Source of the DNA: a virus
Taxonomy: Duplodnaviria; Caudoviricetes
DNA: 43,043 bases
Strand: one strand, 5' to 3'
IMG/VR virus record: IMGVR_UViG_3300005281_000072
Span: 1-43,043 of that record
This document shows positions 8,443-16,955 of this stretch, piece after piece. The notes under the pieces are model-generated. The model worked only from the letters and a program-made list of their open reading frames with translations. It did no database searches and was not told the DNA's origin. The first letter of the stretch is position 1. Each line of letters begins with the position of its first letter. The position numbers were made by a program, and so were the translations under genes.

Positions 8443-9129
8443 TCATGCGCGGTCGTGGTGATCGTCGAGGCAGTCGTTGACCTCGACTAGGTCCTTGTGG
8501 GAAGGTGGCTCCCAGCCCTCAGGCTTAACGACATCGAAGGTGTCAGCTCGACCGCTGTCATGGGTCACGCCTGTCGCACGAGTCTTCCGGACCTTCTGCA
8601 TGTTCGCGTGATGGACACGCTGCCAGGCTGTGCGGAAGTCGAAGCCATGCAGGTAGGCCGTGCCAAGTGCAACATAGACCAAATCGACCAGGCCGTCGAG
8701 TGCATGCTCCAGGTGATAGGTATAGTTCGCCCGATCCCGGTCACTGGGCGGACGGGTCATTTCGTCATACGCTGCAGCCTGGTGACCCTTGTACTCGCTG
8801 AGCTCCTCGTCCAGGAAGCCATTGCGGAAATCGGACAGATCAGCTGGGAGTGCGCGAGGACGTCCACGATACTCGAGACCGAAGTGCTCGTGAAACTCAG
8901 CTATGTCGCGCATCGGATCGAATGGTTCATCGAAGGTAATAGCGTTTCCCCACTCTTCGAAGCGACCATCGAAGAACTCCTTGTGGGGGCGAGTGATGAG
9001 CGGTCCGTTCGGGACGCCGTACTGGCGATAGATAACAGCATCCTCCCAAGTCGCCTCAATCTTGGCATTGGTCGAGATGACTTCGTAGAGGTTGCCCGTC
9101 TTGATATGGCGATACAACTTATTTGGCAC
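8443..9129 (-). CDS. DUF1653-like domain fused to MazG-like (PRA-PH type) nucleotide pyrophosphohydrolase
   Basis: N-terminal YRHIKTGNLYEVI..VIYR..RP..EF; C-terminal EFHEHFG, DEELSE, DGLVDLVYVALG, VHHANMQK, VVKPEGWEPP. Confidence 0.85.
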   Translation of the reverse strand: MPNKLYRHIKTGNLYEVISTNAKIEATWEDAVIYRQYGVPNGPLITRPHKEFFDGRFEEWGNAITFDEPFDPMRDIAEFHEHFGLEYRGRPRALPADLSDFRNGFLDEELSEYKGHQAAAYDEMTRPPSDRDRANYTYHLEHALDGLVDLVYVALGTAYLHGFDFRTAWQRVHHANMQKVRKTRATGVTHDSGRADTFDVVKPEGWEPPSHKDLVEVNDCLDDHHDRA

Positions 9130-9598
9130 GGCAGAACTCCTTTACCGCTTGAATGATAGGGTCGACTTCATCGCCGACTCGGTACCGCAACTTCGCATAA
9201 CTGTTAGCCCACTCTTCGTAGGCGGCACGGATGTCGTCATCGTAGTTGTGGATCATGGTGACATGCTCGGCGGTATCGTACTCCTTCACCTCGTGAGCAC
9301 CTGCTCGTCCGTGGCAGTAGATGATGAGCGGCTTCTGACGATACAGCATATTGATCAGGTCCTGCGGGATTTGTGTAGCACCCGGACGGAAGCGACCATA
9401 GATCGGTTGCGAGATAATCGGGTGTCTGTCGAAGAGACAATTATCCATGCGCAGGTATCGGTAGGCCCGTTCGATTATCTCGCCTGGGTATTGTTCGGGA
9501 CCGCGCCCGGGCGTATAGACCAACGGTACGTGTTGCGTTAGTATATGCGCAAGCGTTGTTTTCCCGGAACCATCGGGACCTTCGAGTATCACGTTCAT
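9119..9598 (-). CDS. dNMP / thymidylate kinase-like P-loop kinase
   Basis: ILEGPDGSGKTT and FDRH..SQPIYG motifs. Confidence 0.85.
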   Translation of the reverse strand: MNVILEGPDGSGKTTLAHILTQHVPLVYTPGRGPEQYPGEIIERAYRYLRMDNCLFDRHPIISQPIYGRFRPGATQIPQDLINMLYRQKPLIIYCHGRAGAHEVKEYDTAEHVTMIHNYDDDIRAAYEEWANSYAKLRYRVGDEVDPIIQAVKEFCRAK

Positions 9599-9615
9599 GG
9601 GTAAGCCTTTCAGAG

Positions 9616-9663
9616 TTGACGCGACAGTTTTACCAGTTTAATGTCAAGGCTCATGACTGTCAA
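9616..9663. promoter_or_regulatory. Overlapping divergent sigma70-like promoters
   Basis: Minus: TTGACA-17-TAAACT (9663..9635). Plus: TTGACG-17-TAATGT (9616..9644). Located between divergent operons. Confidence 0.6.
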
Positions 9664-9679
9664 TCCGGGAAAACCTGAA

Positions 9680-9913
9680 ATGAAACAGGGCTTTATTAGC
9701 GAGGAAGAAGCCCGCACCCAACTCCGCATATTGTGTGAGGCAGCGGGCGGTGTGGGGGCACTAGCAAAGAGTCTCGGGCTTACGATCAGCGCGGTCTCAC
9801 AACAGCTTCACGGTCACAAGCCGATACACGGTAGGGTCGCTGAGCATATGGGTCTCCGCGTTCAGCGGGAAACAAAAATCTATTATAAGGCGAAAGATCA
9901 TGCGGACAACTAA
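9680..9913 (+). CDS. Small Cro-like helix-turn-helix protein
   Basis: GGVGALAKSLGLTISAVSQQLHG HTH pattern. Confidence 0.7.
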   Translation: MKQGFISEEEARTQLRILCEAAGGVGALAKSLGLTISAVSQQLHGHKPIHGRVAEHMGLRVQRETKIYYKAKDHADN

Positions 9914-11828
9914 TAGTGACCCGATAGAGGTAATGCTGAAGATATGGCGCAAGTCCCCGGGGAAATTCTTCTGCGTCTCAACCAAAAGTCCGACGGGCAA
10001 ATGGAAAGACACATTTTTTAAGCGGAGCAATATGCGAGGCGCTTTGTCATTCGCCAAGAAGCATGCCCGTTCGCATAACGTCTATATGTCCACACATGGT
10101 TTTTCTAAGGCTCGTCGTCACAAGGAATGCTCCGAAGACCCATGCGTCCTTTATGCTGACCTCGACGCCCGCGATCCTCGCACCCTCGACATCAAACCAA
10201 CCATTGCGATTGAGTCTTCTCCCGGACGCTTTGTCGGCTATTGGTTCACCGATGTCCCAGCCTCCGAGGATTTGAACCGTCGCCTCGCATATTATATCGG
10301 AGCGGACACGTCAGGCTGGGACCGGACCCAGGTGCTGCGTGTCCCGGGAACTCGCAATCACAAATACAAGACGAAGCCGACAGTCAAGTTGTTATGGGAT
10401 GATGGTCCTCGCTATGAGGTTCGTCGCCTCGAAAAGATCATCCCGAAAGTGGAGACTAATGATGGTCGCGAAGAAGGCGGCGATGCGATGGACATCTATC
10501 GCAAGTATGAGAAGGCGTTGCCGATCTGGGCACGTCGTGAGTTCCTTAATCCACGGGTGCAACAAGGCAAGCGTTCGGAAGTCCTGTGGAAGCTAATTAA
10601 TGAATGCCTCGAAGCGGGAATGACCGAGGACGAGACATTCACTCTGTGCTGGCATTCGCCATGGAACAAACATGCCGAGCGACGTGACGGCGAACGTCAG
10701 ATGAGGCGTGAGCTCGAGAAAGCAATAGGTCGCCATATAGGCGGTTCGATAAAGAAGGCGGGCATCAAGAAGAAGTCGATTATGGACCGCGAGGAAGCTG
10801 ATCCCTCGAAGATCCGTTATGAGTTTGTCACGATGGACGAGGTCGAGGAGGAGGAAGTCGACTGGATCGTTCCTCGCATGGTCGCTCGTCAGCAGACAAC
10901 CATTTTTGAGGGCGATCCCGGCGTCGGCAAATCATACTTCCTAATGTGGATGGCTGTTCACTGGTGCAATGGGACACGTCTTCCTTGGCAGAACAAGACT
11001 GATCCTGTCGAACCATTGCGTGTCCTGTATTGCGATATGGAGAACTCGGCAGGCAGCGTAACCAAGGTCCGCTTGAATGATAACGGGTTGAAGAACGGCA
11101 AGAACTATGTCCAATTCACCCAACCCTTCAGCGTTGACAATTCTGACTCTATCGAAGCATTCGAGAACCAAGTCCTCCGCAAGTTCAAGCCGGATGTCGT
11201 TATCATCGACCCTATCAACCTCTACGTGGGCAGTGCCGACACATATAAGGCGTCCGAGACGCAGCAGGCCTTGCAGGTGTTGAAGGCCCTGTCCGAGAGA
11301 TATAACTTCGCTCTCATCATAGTTCGACACCTCAACAAGTCCGCGTCAGGTAAGGCGCTGTATGCCGGCCAAGGTTCCATTGCTTTCGCGGGTGTTGCTC
11401 GCATCGTCGCAACTATAGGATGGCATCCTGAGGAGTCCGACATGCGTGTAGTAGCCTGCACGAAGAACAACCTGTCACCGTTCTTTGGCTCATTGGGTTA
11501 CACCATCGAGGCGCTTCCCGAAACCCTCAATCGGAAGGATCGCTCGCAGCTGGTGTATGAAGGCCACGTCGATTACACGTCCGATGAGATTGTGGGAACA
11601 ACGAACCAGAAGGAGGAGGGCTCCGTCGCCATTGCGATGGACCTGATCCGGGAGATGTTGAAGGCGTCACCCGATGGTATCAACTACCACTCACTCATCA
11701 AGCAGGCCGACACACGGTCAATCAGTGAGGCGTCAATTCGCAAGGCAGCGGCATCGCTCAAGATGAAGAAGATTATACGAGGCCGAGGCGTCAAGCGAAC
11801 AACGCTGCTCGTAATGAGCGACGAATGA
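9900..11828 (+). CDS. Primase (RepB-like/AEP) fused to RecA-like AAA_25 helicase
   Basis: LYADLD, ESSPGRF, VLRVPGTRNHKY primase motifs; GDPGVGKS Walker A; VIIDP Walker B; IVRHLNK. Confidence 0.9.
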   Translation: MRTTNSDPIEVMLKIWRKSPGKFFCVSTKSPTGKWKDTFFKRSNMRGALSFAKKHARSHNVYMSTHGFSKARRHKECSEDPCVLYADLDARDPRTLDIKPTIAIESSPGRFVGYWFTDVPASEDLNRRLAYYIGADTSGWDRTQVLRVPGTRNHKYKTKPTVKLLWDDGPRYEVRRLEKIIPKVETNDGREEGGDAMDIYRKYEKALPIWARREFLNPRVQQGKRSEVLWKLINECLEAGMTEDETFTLCWHSPWNKHAERRDGERQMRRELEKAIGRHIGGSIKKAGIKKKSIMDREEADPSKIRYEFVTMDEVEEEEVDWIVPRMVARQQTTIFEGDPGVGKSYFLMWMAVHWCNGTRLPWQNKTDPVEPLRVLYCDMENSAGSVTKVRLNDNGLKNGKNYVQFTQPFSVDNSDSIEAFENQVLRKFKPDVVIIDPINLYVGSADTYKASETQQALQVLKALSERYNFALIIVRHLNKSASGKALYAGQGSIAFAGVARIVATIGWHPEESDMRVVACTKNNLSPFFGSLGYTIEALPETLNRKDRSQLVYEGHVDYTSDEIVGTTNQKEEGSVAIAMDLIREMLKASPDGINYHSLIKQADTRSISEASIRKAAASLKMKKIIRGRGVKRTTLLVMSDE

Positions 11829-11924
11829 CACGCTCAGCGCGTCACACACGCGCTAGCGACATCGCTCAGGTAGGTTGTATCATCGACGCTAGCGAAGGCG
11901 CGTCACGCTCGTCCTGTGCGCTCG

Positions 11925-11955
11925 AAAAAACGCGCATGTCGCATTGACACACGCG
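11925..11955 (-). terminator. Rho-independent terminator for leftward early genes
   Basis: Minus strand CGCGTGTGTC-AATGC-GACATGCGCG stem followed by T6. Confidence 0.65.
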
Positions 11956-11982
11956 CTCGAGGAACGTCCTGCTAAGTGACGT

Positions 11983-12600
11983 TCATTCCATAGGCACTTC
12001 GCAATCGCCGCAAATCAGATTGAGGCCTTCCTTTCCGTAGGCCTTCGTCTCGCACTTGGGGCAGGTGTATTTGGTACGCCTGCTGCCCTTACGTTCGCGC
12101 TCGACCAGTGCACCTCGCCATTCAATTACGCCTTTGAACTTCGAACAGGCCTTGTCGAATGCGCCGCCGTCGATGATGTAATGACTGACGCGACGTCCGG
12201 TGCGCTTGCCTCCTGGCGCGCCTGTGCTGCTCGGCATCAGCCCGATTTCCTCCATCTTGTCAGCCCACTGTTTATCGTGAGGCGTCTTCTTAGGTTCGCC
12301 GAAGTGATGCTGCCACAGATGCACCATCTCGTGAACGAGCGTCGAGAAGATGGCGCGATCATCGCGGCCTGAGAACGTGAACGGGTTGAGCGCGATCTCG
12401 TCGGTCGACTGATCCTTCCCCTTCGCCGACTTGAACGGGTGATTGCGGTAGTACCCGTAAGCATGACGCATCTCGGCGCTCAGCGTGATGAGGCAATTGG
12501 GCAGCAGGCCGTCGAAGAGATGCTTGTTGAAATGGTCATATGCCTGCTGCAGCACGGAGTACGTGTCGGCAGTCGGTCTGAAGTTTGGCTTCTTGGGCAT
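11983..12600 (-). CDS. SprT-like zinc metalloprotease with C-terminal zinc ribbon
   Basis: YDHFNKHLF, TLVHEMVH (HExxH), HDKQW, CPKC..CGDC. Confidence 0.88.
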   Translation of the reverse strand: MPKKPNFRPTADTYSVLQQAYDHFNKHLFDGLLPNCLITLSAEMRHAYGYYRNHPFKSAKGKDQSTDEIALNPFTFSGRDDRAIFSTLVHEMVHLWQHHFGEPKKTPHDKQWADKMEEIGLMPSSTGAPGGKRTGRRVSHYIIDGGAFDKACSKFKGVIEWRGALVERERKGSRRTKYTCPKCETKAYGKEGLNLICGDCEVPME

Positions 12601-12605
12601 TGACG

Positions 12606-12920
12606 TTATCCTTTGAACAGCGGGTGGCGCTTAGTGTCGTGACGAGTAAAGCCGTGCCTAGTCTTCTTTGTTTCGACTACGGTAATGGTAACGGAGGGGT
12701 CGATCACCTGGAACACATATTGTGGACGGGTGCTATCGACGGACTCCTTGCCGATGACGGCAAGCATACCTGCTCGGGTCAGTCGATGAAGGATGGCGCA
12801 GACGGCGGGGTGCGTTGTGCCGTCGCATTTGGTCAGTTGGTACAGCTGGTACGAGGTGAACTTCTCACCCGGGTTTAACTCGCGGACGAACTCGTATATG
12901 ATAGATGACGTGGACTTCAT
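12606..12920 (-). CDS. Hypothetical protein, possibly winged-helix
   Basis: GGGAG RBS, promoter upstream; AVCAILHRLTRAGML helix-wing pattern. Confidence 0.6.
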   Translation of the reverse strand: MKSTSSIIYEFVRELNPGEKFTSYQLYQLTKCDGTTHPAVCAILHRLTRAGMLAVIGKESVDSTRPQYVFQVIDPSVTITVVETKKTRHGFTRHDTKRHPLFKG

Positions 12921-12954
12921 TGCAGTGCTCCCGTGTTGTCACCTTGACAGGAAC

Positions 12955-12984
12955 ACTATAAATCCGGAAGCCTGCCCTTGTAAA
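12955..12984 (-). promoter_or_regulatory. Sigma70-like promoter
   Basis: TTTACA-18-TATAGT upstream of 12920. Confidence 0.5.
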
Positions 12985-13010
12985 TTATGGACTTGCTTCC
13001 GGAGACAGAG

Positions 13011-13253
13011 TTATTCTGCGTTGTCGAGCGTGACGAACTCGGTTTTGAAAAGGTGCATGTCCTCGGCGGTGCGGAAGCCCCATTCACGTTCCTTTAGGAT
13101 TGGCGCCGAGATGTGATCGAGGTCAGGCAATTTCATGCTTACAAGCGGCGGAGCTGGATAGCTAATTTTCGTTCGGCACCTGTGTGGATAGCTGTCTTTG
13201 TGGCGATCCAGGAAATCGCGGTTCCTCGTGAACTGTTCAATGAGCTTATTCAT
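13011..13253 (-). CDS. Hypothetical protein
   Basis: GGAGG RBS; tiles the leftward early operon. Confidence 0.65.
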   Translation of the reverse strand: MNKLIEQFTRNRDFLDRHKDSYPHRCRTKISYPAPPLVSMKLPDLDHISAPILKEREWGFRTAEDMHLFKTEFVTLDNAE

Positions 13254-13269
13254 GGCTTAGTCCCTCCTG

Positions 13270-13518
13270 TCAGTAGATATTCACAACAGCTTCCCAATTT
13301 TTGGCGGGTCCGATGTAGTATGTGCCGACGTTGCCGAATTGGCAGCAATAGACGCGACGCCAGCGATTGCGCCAGCGCACTAAGTATGGGGTGGCCAGGC
13401 GGCGACCGTAGCCGGAGGCCGTTTGTGCCAGCCCGTGAATATGGCAAGGCAATGGGGATTCTTTCCCTTCCACTTCGGTTTCCGCCCCATTTGAGAGTTG
13501 TAGGAAAAATTCACGCAT
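13270..13518 (-). CDS. Hypothetical phage protein
   Basis: GGAG RBS; TASGYG..T.Y.V..RWRRVY..GTYY pattern I associate with small phage proteins. Confidence 0.65.
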   Translation of the reverse strand: MREFFLQLSNGAETEVEGKESPLPCHIHGLAQTASGYGRRLATPYLVRWRNRWRRVYCCQFGNVGTYYIGPAKNWEAVVNIY

Positions 13519-13667
13519 AGGACGACTCCAGTTCCACGAAATTGCAAGTGCCCCAGATGCCGTTGCCGGTGAAGCGGATGTTCAACCGTAACGGGGTTGG
13601 TCACGTCGACTATCACACGGTGACGGCATCTGGTGCATTCGATCAGGATGACTGTCTCACCCTTCAC
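13380..13667 (-). CDS. Hypothetical protein with CxxC
   Basis: GTGA coupling to upstream gene, but overlaps the downstream gene by ~140 bp. Confidence 0.4.
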   Translation of the reverse strand: MKGETVILIECTRCRHRVIVDVTNPVTVEHPLHRQRHLGHLQFRGTGVVLCVNFSYNSQMGRKPKWKGKNPHCLAIFTGWHKRPPATVAAWPPHT

Positions 13668-13930
13668 CGAGTGAGGCGGGCGATGCTGTCACGTACTGCG
13701 AGCATCGCCCTTTGGCAATCGCGCATCTCGGCAAGGAGCTCCTGAGCGCGCTGCTCAATCTCCGCTTCCTTACGCATCAGGCTTTCCTCCTGAGCGCGCA
13801 ACGCAGCAAGTGCGCTGTCGCTGTGCGACGAGCGAGCGCGCAACTGATGCACTGCTGAGGTGAGCTCCTTTTGAGCAGGCGTTTGGGGCGCGACGGTCCG
13901 CAGAGCTGGACGTTGTGCTGTATCGTTCAT
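13664..13930 (-). CDS. Coiled-coil hypothetical protein
   Basis: ATGA coupling; heptad-like A/E/Q/R composition. Confidence 0.7.
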   Translation of the reverse strand: MNDTAQRPALRTVAPQTPAQKELTSAVHQLRARSSHSDSALAALRAQEESLMRKEAEIEQRAQELLAEMRDCQRAMLAVRDSIARLTR

Positions 13931-14079
13931 GGGTTCACCAATAGGTATGAGGTTGCAAGGGTAAGGACCGAGGACAGGAAGTACCCGATCCGTTGATTGG
14001 GGTGTTTATGCCGAAGGCCCTGGGCAATCAAGTAGATCGACCAGAGCCCCCAAAACACCGCGAAGATGGTGTGCAGCAT
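13927..14079 (-). CDS. Small two-TM membrane protein
   Basis: MLHTIFAVFWGLWSIYLIA..IGYFLSSVLTLATSYLL; TAATG coupling at 14079. Confidence 0.6.
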   Translation of the reverse strand: MLHTIFAVFWGLWSIYLIAQGLRHKHPNQRIGYFLSSVLTLATSYLLVNP

Positions 14080-14570
14080 TAGTTGATGCCGGCGCGGGAA
14101 TACACCCAGCCCGCTTTGTCCTGATGCGTGGCCATGAAGTCGGCCAAGCTCGAGATGAAGTAGTCGAGCTCGTTGTCCCACAGGACTTTGATGATCGCGC
14201 CATTGACGGACATCACGTTGATGCCATCGCCGCGGATGCCTGGGCATATCACGTCATCGGTCCCCTCGGCGAACGCAGGATCGAACTCGACGTTCGAGTA
14301 GGCCGACTGCAGCTCCTGGTATGCACGGCGCCAGAGCTCCGTCAGGTTCGGCTTGTAGAAGAACCCGATCACTTCGCCATCGAAGTCGGGCTTGGCAACC
14401 TTTGCCAGGTGAGTGGCAAGGTCGAGGATCGCTGTCGAGTGACGCATCGAGGCAGCGAAGTTGTCGGACAGCGGCGAGCGCTTGCCGGGAACACCCGAGT
14501 ACAGCTCATAGATGAAGCGGGACAGGGCGACCTCAGCAGGGTTGAGATCGGTACGGAGATTATACGCCAT
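14079..14570 (-). CDS. Hypothetical protein
   Basis: GAAGGA RBS; phage-typical codon usage. Confidence 0.75.
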   Translation of the reverse strand: MAYNLRTDLNPAEVALSRFIYELYSGVPGKRSPLSDNFAASMRHSTAILDLATHLAKVAKPDFDGEVIGFFYKPNLTELWRRAYQELQSAYSNVEFDPAFAEGTDDVICPGIRGDGINVMSVNGAIIKVLWDNELDYFISSLADFMATHQDKAGWVYSRAGIN

Positions 14571-14606
14571 TGTAGAATTCCTTCTTTCGGCGTGATGACG
14601 CGGCGA

Positions 14607-14798
14607 TTACTTCGCCACGCCCTTTACGGTGATTTCCAGAAAGGCTGGAAAGTCATCGGTGAACAGCTCCTTGCTTACGTAGAGCGTGGGGATGGCAATC
14701 GACTTCTTTTCGTCGTCGGGCGCCTGGTACTGGAGCATGTTCTTGGTCTCCTTTTTGAACGGGAGCTTGACGGTGTGAGTGGTAGTTTCCTTTGCCAT
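14607..14798 (-). CDS. Hypothetical protein (63 aa)
   Basis: AAGGAG RBS. Confidence 0.75.
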   Translation of the reverse strand: MAKETTTHTVKLPFKKETKNMLQYQAPDDEKKSIAIPTLYVSKELFTDDFPAFLEITVKGVAK

Positions 14799-14865
14799 GA
14801 CTGTGTCTCCTTTTGTCTGAGGCAGGAACGTTATATAGGACGATGACGTGCCAGGTCAATCACCG

Positions 14866-15390
14866 TTAATCTGCGATGATTTCACCGGGTTGATACAGGC
14901 GCGAATGATCCGTGAGCGCTCGGTGTATTCGCACGTAGCGCGGATCGCGTCCGTCACGCGACTTCTTCGAGTACAGGGCATCACAGTAGGCTCGCGCAAA
15001 TGGGTAGATGGCGCGCAGCTGCCTTTTTGTGATCTTCGGCCGACGCAGGATTTTGCGGATCGTACTCGCCGATAGCCCAGTCTCCTTCACGAGCCGTTCG
15101 GTCGGAATGTAAAACTGGAAGGCCATTATGTGGTAGATGTGCGGTTCGTGATCCGGAAAGTAGCAGGCCCAAAGCTGCTGAGCCTGTGGTTCCTTGTTGT
15201 TCACCGCGTTTGCCCATGCGATCATAGTCGGCAGGAACAGCCGCTTGTGCATGTGCTCCGGTAACCTGTGGGCATGCGTCATCGAGCGCACAGTCTCACG
15301 CTTGATATGCGGCATCTTGCAAGCTGCCATGATTTGGCTGAGTGTGTATCCACAGGACTTGTGGAGTATCGGGATCGGGTTCGTGAGCAT
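14866..15390 (-). CDS. Hypothetical protein with HTH-like segment
   Basis: GGAGG RBS and promoter; ERLVKETGLSASTIRKILR. Confidence 0.7.
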   Translation of the reverse strand: MLTNPIPILHKSCGYTLSQIMAACKMPHIKRETVRSMTHAHRLPEHMHKRLFLPTMIAWANAVNNKEPQAQQLWACYFPDHEPHIYHIMAFQFYIPTERLVKETGLSASTIRKILRRPKITKRQLRAIYPFARAYCDALYSKKSRDGRDPRYVRIHRALTDHSRLYQPGEIIAD

Positions 15391-15422
15391 GATTTTAACC
15401 TCCAGTTGACTAGCAATCTCGG

Positions 15423-15451
15423 ATCTTAAACGAAAACATCAACGAAGTCAA
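15423..15451 (-). promoter_or_regulatory. Sigma70-like promoter
   Basis: TTGACT-17-TAAGAT upstream of 15390. Confidence 0.65.
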
Positions 15452-15515
15452 TAGAAGCGCTGGGGGGGGGTCACGCATATACAGCGCATAGCTCGACTAT
15501 GACATTTCGACGATA

Positions 15516-15528
15516 AATCAACGACTTA
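15516..15528 (+). promoter_or_regulatory. IHF consensus site in AT-rich intergenic region
   Basis: AATCAACGACTTA matches WATCAANNNNTTR. Confidence 0.4.
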
Positions 15529-15707
15529 GGTTAACTGGTACGCATCTGATAATGTATCCGCCGCGTTAATGGGTTGATCAGTATACTCTTTCGCGTGTGG
15601 AAGCTGATTGCTATGCGCAGTCTATGGGAGGAGTGGTGTCATTGATATTATTGAATAAATTCATAGATAATTATATTGCCGTATACATTCGTGAGCGCGC
15701 GCGAGAC

Positions 15708-15736
15708 AAAAAAGGCCCCTCACTGAGTGAGGAGCC
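15708..15736 (-). terminator. Rho-independent terminator
   Basis: Minus strand GGCTCCTCAC-TCA-GTGAGGGGCC followed by T6. Confidence 0.8.
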
Positions 15737-15811
15737 CGTAAATTGGTATGATGATCGGTGCGAGATGGATGCACCATAGGATGAGGGCTATTATGAGTAT
15801 GAGGGCTTCCG

Positions 15812-16426
15812 TTAGCCTTTCTTTAACAGTTCGGTGATTTTCTGGACTTGGGGGTCGTTGATCTTGAATGTCCAGCCACCCGCAGGTTTTGCAATGCCCG
15901 ACTTTCTGAGGATATTGCGGGCTTTGTTGGGCTGTATGTCGAGGCTTTCCGCAATCTGGGCAACGGTAATATGCCCTTCCGGTGCAGGCTTCGTGCTCTT
16001 GTGACGTCTGGGTGGCTTGGGAGTCGGCTTCTCTTTTGGCTCTTCGGTAGGCGAAGTAGGCTTCGGGGACAACTCTTCCTTCGGGATATGGTACATCGTG
16101 GCTCTGTTGAGTTGGCGTGAGTCTGGGAATGGTGGGGTCCATAGCTTTTCTTCCTTCGTTGGCGTGTATTCGGCTGCTTCTTCGAGTTCGCCCTTGATGA
16201 TGAGGGAGTAGCCATTAGGGTGCTTGATGCGGATTACGTTGTTGTTGAGCCAGGACGCTTTGCCTTCGGCGTTATCCAGGATATGGTTCAGCCAGTGATG
16301 GGCTGCGTACATGGCTCCATAGGCGTGTGTGAAGAAGAAGTGCTCGCTGCCGTCAGGCTTGAGGCCCGTGAAATAGAAGTGGGCTTTCGGGGGTCTGACT
16401 GGGCTAGAGGGGTAGTGGGGTTCCAT
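15812..16426 (-). CDS. Protein with P/K-rich linker and C-terminal HTH (paralogue 1)
   Basis: ITVAQIAESLDIQPNKARNILRK..GWTF. Confidence 0.75.
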   Translation of the reverse strand: MEPHYPSSPVRPPKAHFYFTGLKPDGSEHFFFTHAYGAMYAAHHWLNHILDNAEGKASWLNNNVIRIKHPNGYSLIIKGELEEAAEYTPTKEEKLWTPPFPDSRQLNRATMYHIPKEELSPKPTSPTEEPKEKPTPKPPRRHKSTKPAPEGHITVAQIAESLDIQPNKARNILRKSGIAKPAGGWTFKINDPQVQKITELLKKG

Positions 16427-16427
16427 G

Positions 16428-16607
16428 TTATTTACCTTTCTTCTGCTTCATCTGTGCAGCCAGTTCCCGCACCTTCTTGAGCTCGGGATCGTCGGGTTGC
16501 CAGCGCCATCTCTGGTGCTTCCGCTTCGGGATGTTAGCCCGTAGCTTTTGTCTGAGGGGGTAAGGGTCGATGTCGAACTCGCGGCATATGTGTTTGAGTG
16601 TTATCAT
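16428..16607 (-). CDS. Small HTH protein (paralogue 2)
   Basis: ITLKHICREFDIDPYPLRQKLR..RWRW; GAGGAG RBS. Confidence 0.75.
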   Translation of the reverse strand: MITLKHICREFDIDPYPLRQKLRANIPKRKHQRWRWQPDDPELKKVRELAAQMKQKKGK

Positions 16608-16634
16608 AGGTGTTGCTCCTCTCGGCAATTCTAG

Positions 16635-16710
16635 GTTATATCAGAGAAAAGGAGAAATGTAAATTGCGGTCTTGAATTATGTTGACAATGGCGTTCTTGT
16701 CTTGTATCGT
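16635..16710. promoter_or_regulatory. Back-to-back divergent sigma70-like early promoters
   Basis: Minus: TTTACA-17-TATAAC (16663..16635). Plus: TTGACA-17-TATCGT (16682..16710). Confidence 0.7.
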
Positions 16711-16736
16711 GTATGTGTTCAACGATGGAGATGACG

Positions 16737-16955
16737 ATGAGATATCATGCCGTAATGCTCGACGAGACCGGTTGTGAGTTTGGGGTCGATATTGAGGCAG
16801 ACTCGCGTGATGAGGCGTATGATCGTTTGGCTGAGGATTATCCCGAAAGCCAATGCGTTCAGCTCGAAAGCCCGCAGGATGCTGCTGACCGTGAGGCTCA
16901 GTGGGTCTTGGCTGAGGAGGAAGACGACTTCTGGGACGACTTCTGGGAGGAGTGA
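16737..16955 (+). CDS. Small very acidic early protein
   Basis: GGAG RBS; first gene after promoter; ends EEEDDFWDDFWEE. Confidence 0.7.
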   Translation: MRYHAVMLDETGCEFGVDIEADSRDEAYDRLAEDYPESQCVQLESPQDAADREAQWVLAEEEDDFWDDFWEE

